Assembly (NCBI GenBank): GCA_043228905.1
Contig: JBHGNT010000020.1
Span: forward strand, 11,470,001-11,534,000
Length of the DNA: 64,000 nucleotides
From: Azolla caroliniana
Taxonomy: Eukaryota; Plantae; Polypodiophyta
Direction: 5' to 3'
Shown: in pieces, positions 61,560 through 64,000 of the stretch
Layout of the letters: every line of letters starts with the position of its first letter
How positions within the stretch are numbered: the first letter of the stretch is position 1
Notes under the pieces: generated by a model
What the model was told of the DNA's origin: nothing
The model's input: the letters and a program-made list of their open reading frames with translations, nothing else
The model's database searches: none
Translations under genes and position numbers: made by a program

Positions 61560-64000
61560 CGTTAGGTTAAGCACCTCTCTCTCTCGCAACGGTCGTGCTA
61601 TTGTTGTCACGTTGTCGTCGTTGTTGTTTGCGACATTTGTCGCCGCCTGCTACCGTGTTGCACTCTCTCTCCCCCCCCCCCATCGTGTTGTCGTCTGTTG
61701 TCGCGTTGCCACCTCTGACGTCTGTCGCCGTCTATTGGACGACCTGCTGTCGTTCGTCATCATCTGTCGTAGTCGCCGTCTCCGTTGCCGTGTTCTTCTC
61801 TTTCTTGGTCTTGACGTTGCTGAGTGCCGTGTTTCTTTTCTTGGCGGCGCATCCTTCCTTTGTGGGTTCTTTTAGCGTGCTCGTCGCGTGCAAAATGCCG
61901 ATGTGATTGTGACATACACACAAACTCGGCTAAGTCTTGAAACCATTTATTTTATCTTTTTTTCTTATTGACACTAGAATGTCTAAACGAAAGGAACATA
62001 AGGATACACAAGACGAGGCTATAAGTAAGGAGGACTTTTTAGATATGTTTAATCGTTTAACAAAAATAGCGATGGATATGAAAAAATGGGTGAAAGACGC
62101 CGAAACCCACAAGAAAAAAGATAGAGAGGAAAAATACGCCCTCAAGGCCGAAATAGAAAAACTTAAAGAGGAAAACACAAACCTCAAACAACAACTTAAT
62201 GACATCGAGGTATCCCGAGAGGGCGGTGAAATATCCTCCATAGAGGATATAAAAGATGAGATCAAAAAAGTTAAAGAGGAGGTTAAAAATAACATAGAGT
62301 TAGCAAAAACAGGTTAGGTAGATGTGGTTAAAAGAAACATTAAAAAAGAAATAAAAGATGAAAATATTGTTAATACCACCCTTGAAGATGAGAAAATGCG
62401 TCAGGCCCGACGCCTAAATGTGCGTGTCACTAGGCTCAAGGAAGGTGCATCCTCGGACGAGGATGCACAAACACTCGGGAAAATGTTAGGGTACACAACG
62501 ACCCTACCTATCACCAAAGCTTGGAGGGCCGAATGCGACACAACTAGGAAGAGAGCCTTAGTTCTTCAATTTAAAGACTTAGACTCTAGAATCACTTTCT
62601 TTAAGAAGAGTCCAATTCTTCGAGGATTGGGTGGGGACCCTATCTATCTCGATGAAGACCTCACCAAGATGCAAATTGAGCATGGCAAGAGTTGTATGCC
62701 AAAGGTTATGCAAGCTCATAAAGAAGGGCATCGCGCCTTTTATCAAGATGGGCGAGTGATCATAAATGATCACACTACTAATTGACGGCGTGTGGCCCAT
62801 GTGACAGAAAACACATTTAGGATGACCTTATGGAATTGTAACGACACACTCTGGACAAACCTCGGCCGCCTAGAGGAGATATTAAAGGAATCAGATATAG
62901 TTTTCCTAGTAGAAACACACCAAAGCCCAAATAGGGGACTCCCACGAGTCGAAGGATTTCGTTGGGAGTCGGCTTTTAGACAAACCTCACGTCGATGCAC
63001 TACTAGGGGATTTGGAGGTGTCGCAATATTGTTTCAGAGGGAGCTACATAATAGGATAGAAATACTGAGCACAGACCCAGAAGCTCGTTTTATGTGGGTG
63101 AAAGTCTCCACAAGCCAGGACAAGGTAGTATTTTTCGCCATTTGTTACTTCCCCCCGAAAGGCTCTCATTATAATCTGGTTGGTGAGGGGAGATTAGTTG
63201 ATGAAGGAGTGCCACATGGGCCTTCCCCATATGAACCTCTATCGGATGACATAATCCGATATTCTTCCCAAGGAGAAGTATTCCTTGTAGGAGACTTTAA
63301 TGCGAGAACCCAATCCCGACAATGCACAATATTTCAAATGAATAGAAACCTAGAAATGGTAAATGGAAATCCTTTAGACATAGGCACCACACATAGATCA
63401 AAGGATCAAGGCGCGGACGCCACGAGCTTTGGCCATCATTTGCTCGAACTTGGCAGTCGGCACCAAATGGTCATATATAATGGTTTAGCCAAGTGGCCAG
63501 GTTCGGAAGAGCTCACATGTTTCCCACATGGAGGAGGGGAAAGCACAGTTGATTATCTAATAGGACGCCCTGAAGCTACCCACATGATTAACTCCTTCCG
63601 AGTGGCCCCATGTCCTATTGGCGCAAACCATAGTTTCTTATACTTCAAGCTAAAATGTGATATCTCTAACGTTACCAACTCTAATCAACCACGCCATGAC
63701 ATCACAATACATTTCACACATGAGCTCTCTGACATATATGCTTGACATGTTCAAGCCCATCTCTCCTCCCTTGATCCCTCCCTACCTTTAGAGAGCCTTA
63801 GTACGAAACTCACACACATCCTTCAATCTACAACAGTTAGCAGTTTCCCATACAGAAACACTCAAATCAAGGTAAAGTAGGATCTATGCCATAAAATAGA
63901 TGGTATGATGAGAATTGTAGGTGCTTACATAGACAACTTACAATATCGTAACTCAATGGTAGTATTACCTCAGTACAAGCTCGTAAAGAAATGTGCAAGA
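61560..64000 (+). mobile_element. Non-LTR retrotransposon (LINE, RTEX-like), degenerate: 5' UTR, ORF1 and the endonuclease part of ORF2
   Basis: ORF1 61979-62785 (coiled coil, RRLNVRV..LVLQF..IYLDEDLT, one internal TAG). ORF2 APE motifs LWNCN, FLVETH, GGVAIL, GDFNAR, TVDYLI. Confidence 0.85.
62822..63745 (+). pseudogene. LINE ORF2 apurinic-type endonuclease domain, truncated by a stop
   Basis: APE motifs as above; the SDH motif is altered to ANH. Confidence 0.85.

Overview
Eukaryotic, almost certainly land-plant heterochromatic DNA. It is probably from a non-seed plant such as a bryophyte or fern, inferred from the Tcn1-like chromoviruses and a tRNA-Trp-primed Gypsy. The window is a near-continuous stack of nested transposons: several Ty1/Copia copies (one fully intact at 9049-14512), several Ty3/Gypsy elements, a solo LTR, a non-autonomous hAT, a LINE and a 100-N assembly gap. 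The one protein-coding sequence that is not a recognisable TE protein is a spliced, now disrupted gene (24094-31561) for a prokaryotic-type beta-class amino (N6-adenine/N4-cytosine) DNA methyltransferase. Other notable signals: (1) antisense tRNA-like A/B-box modules in the U3 region of at least four different LTR families; (2) a self-priming PBS in the chromoviruses, with a junction that looks like a fossil of the fold-back primer; (3) a -1 frameshift signal between protease and RT in a Trp-primed Gypsy; (4) a long intact extra ORF after pol in another Gypsy. All calls come from reading motifs by eye. No database search was run.
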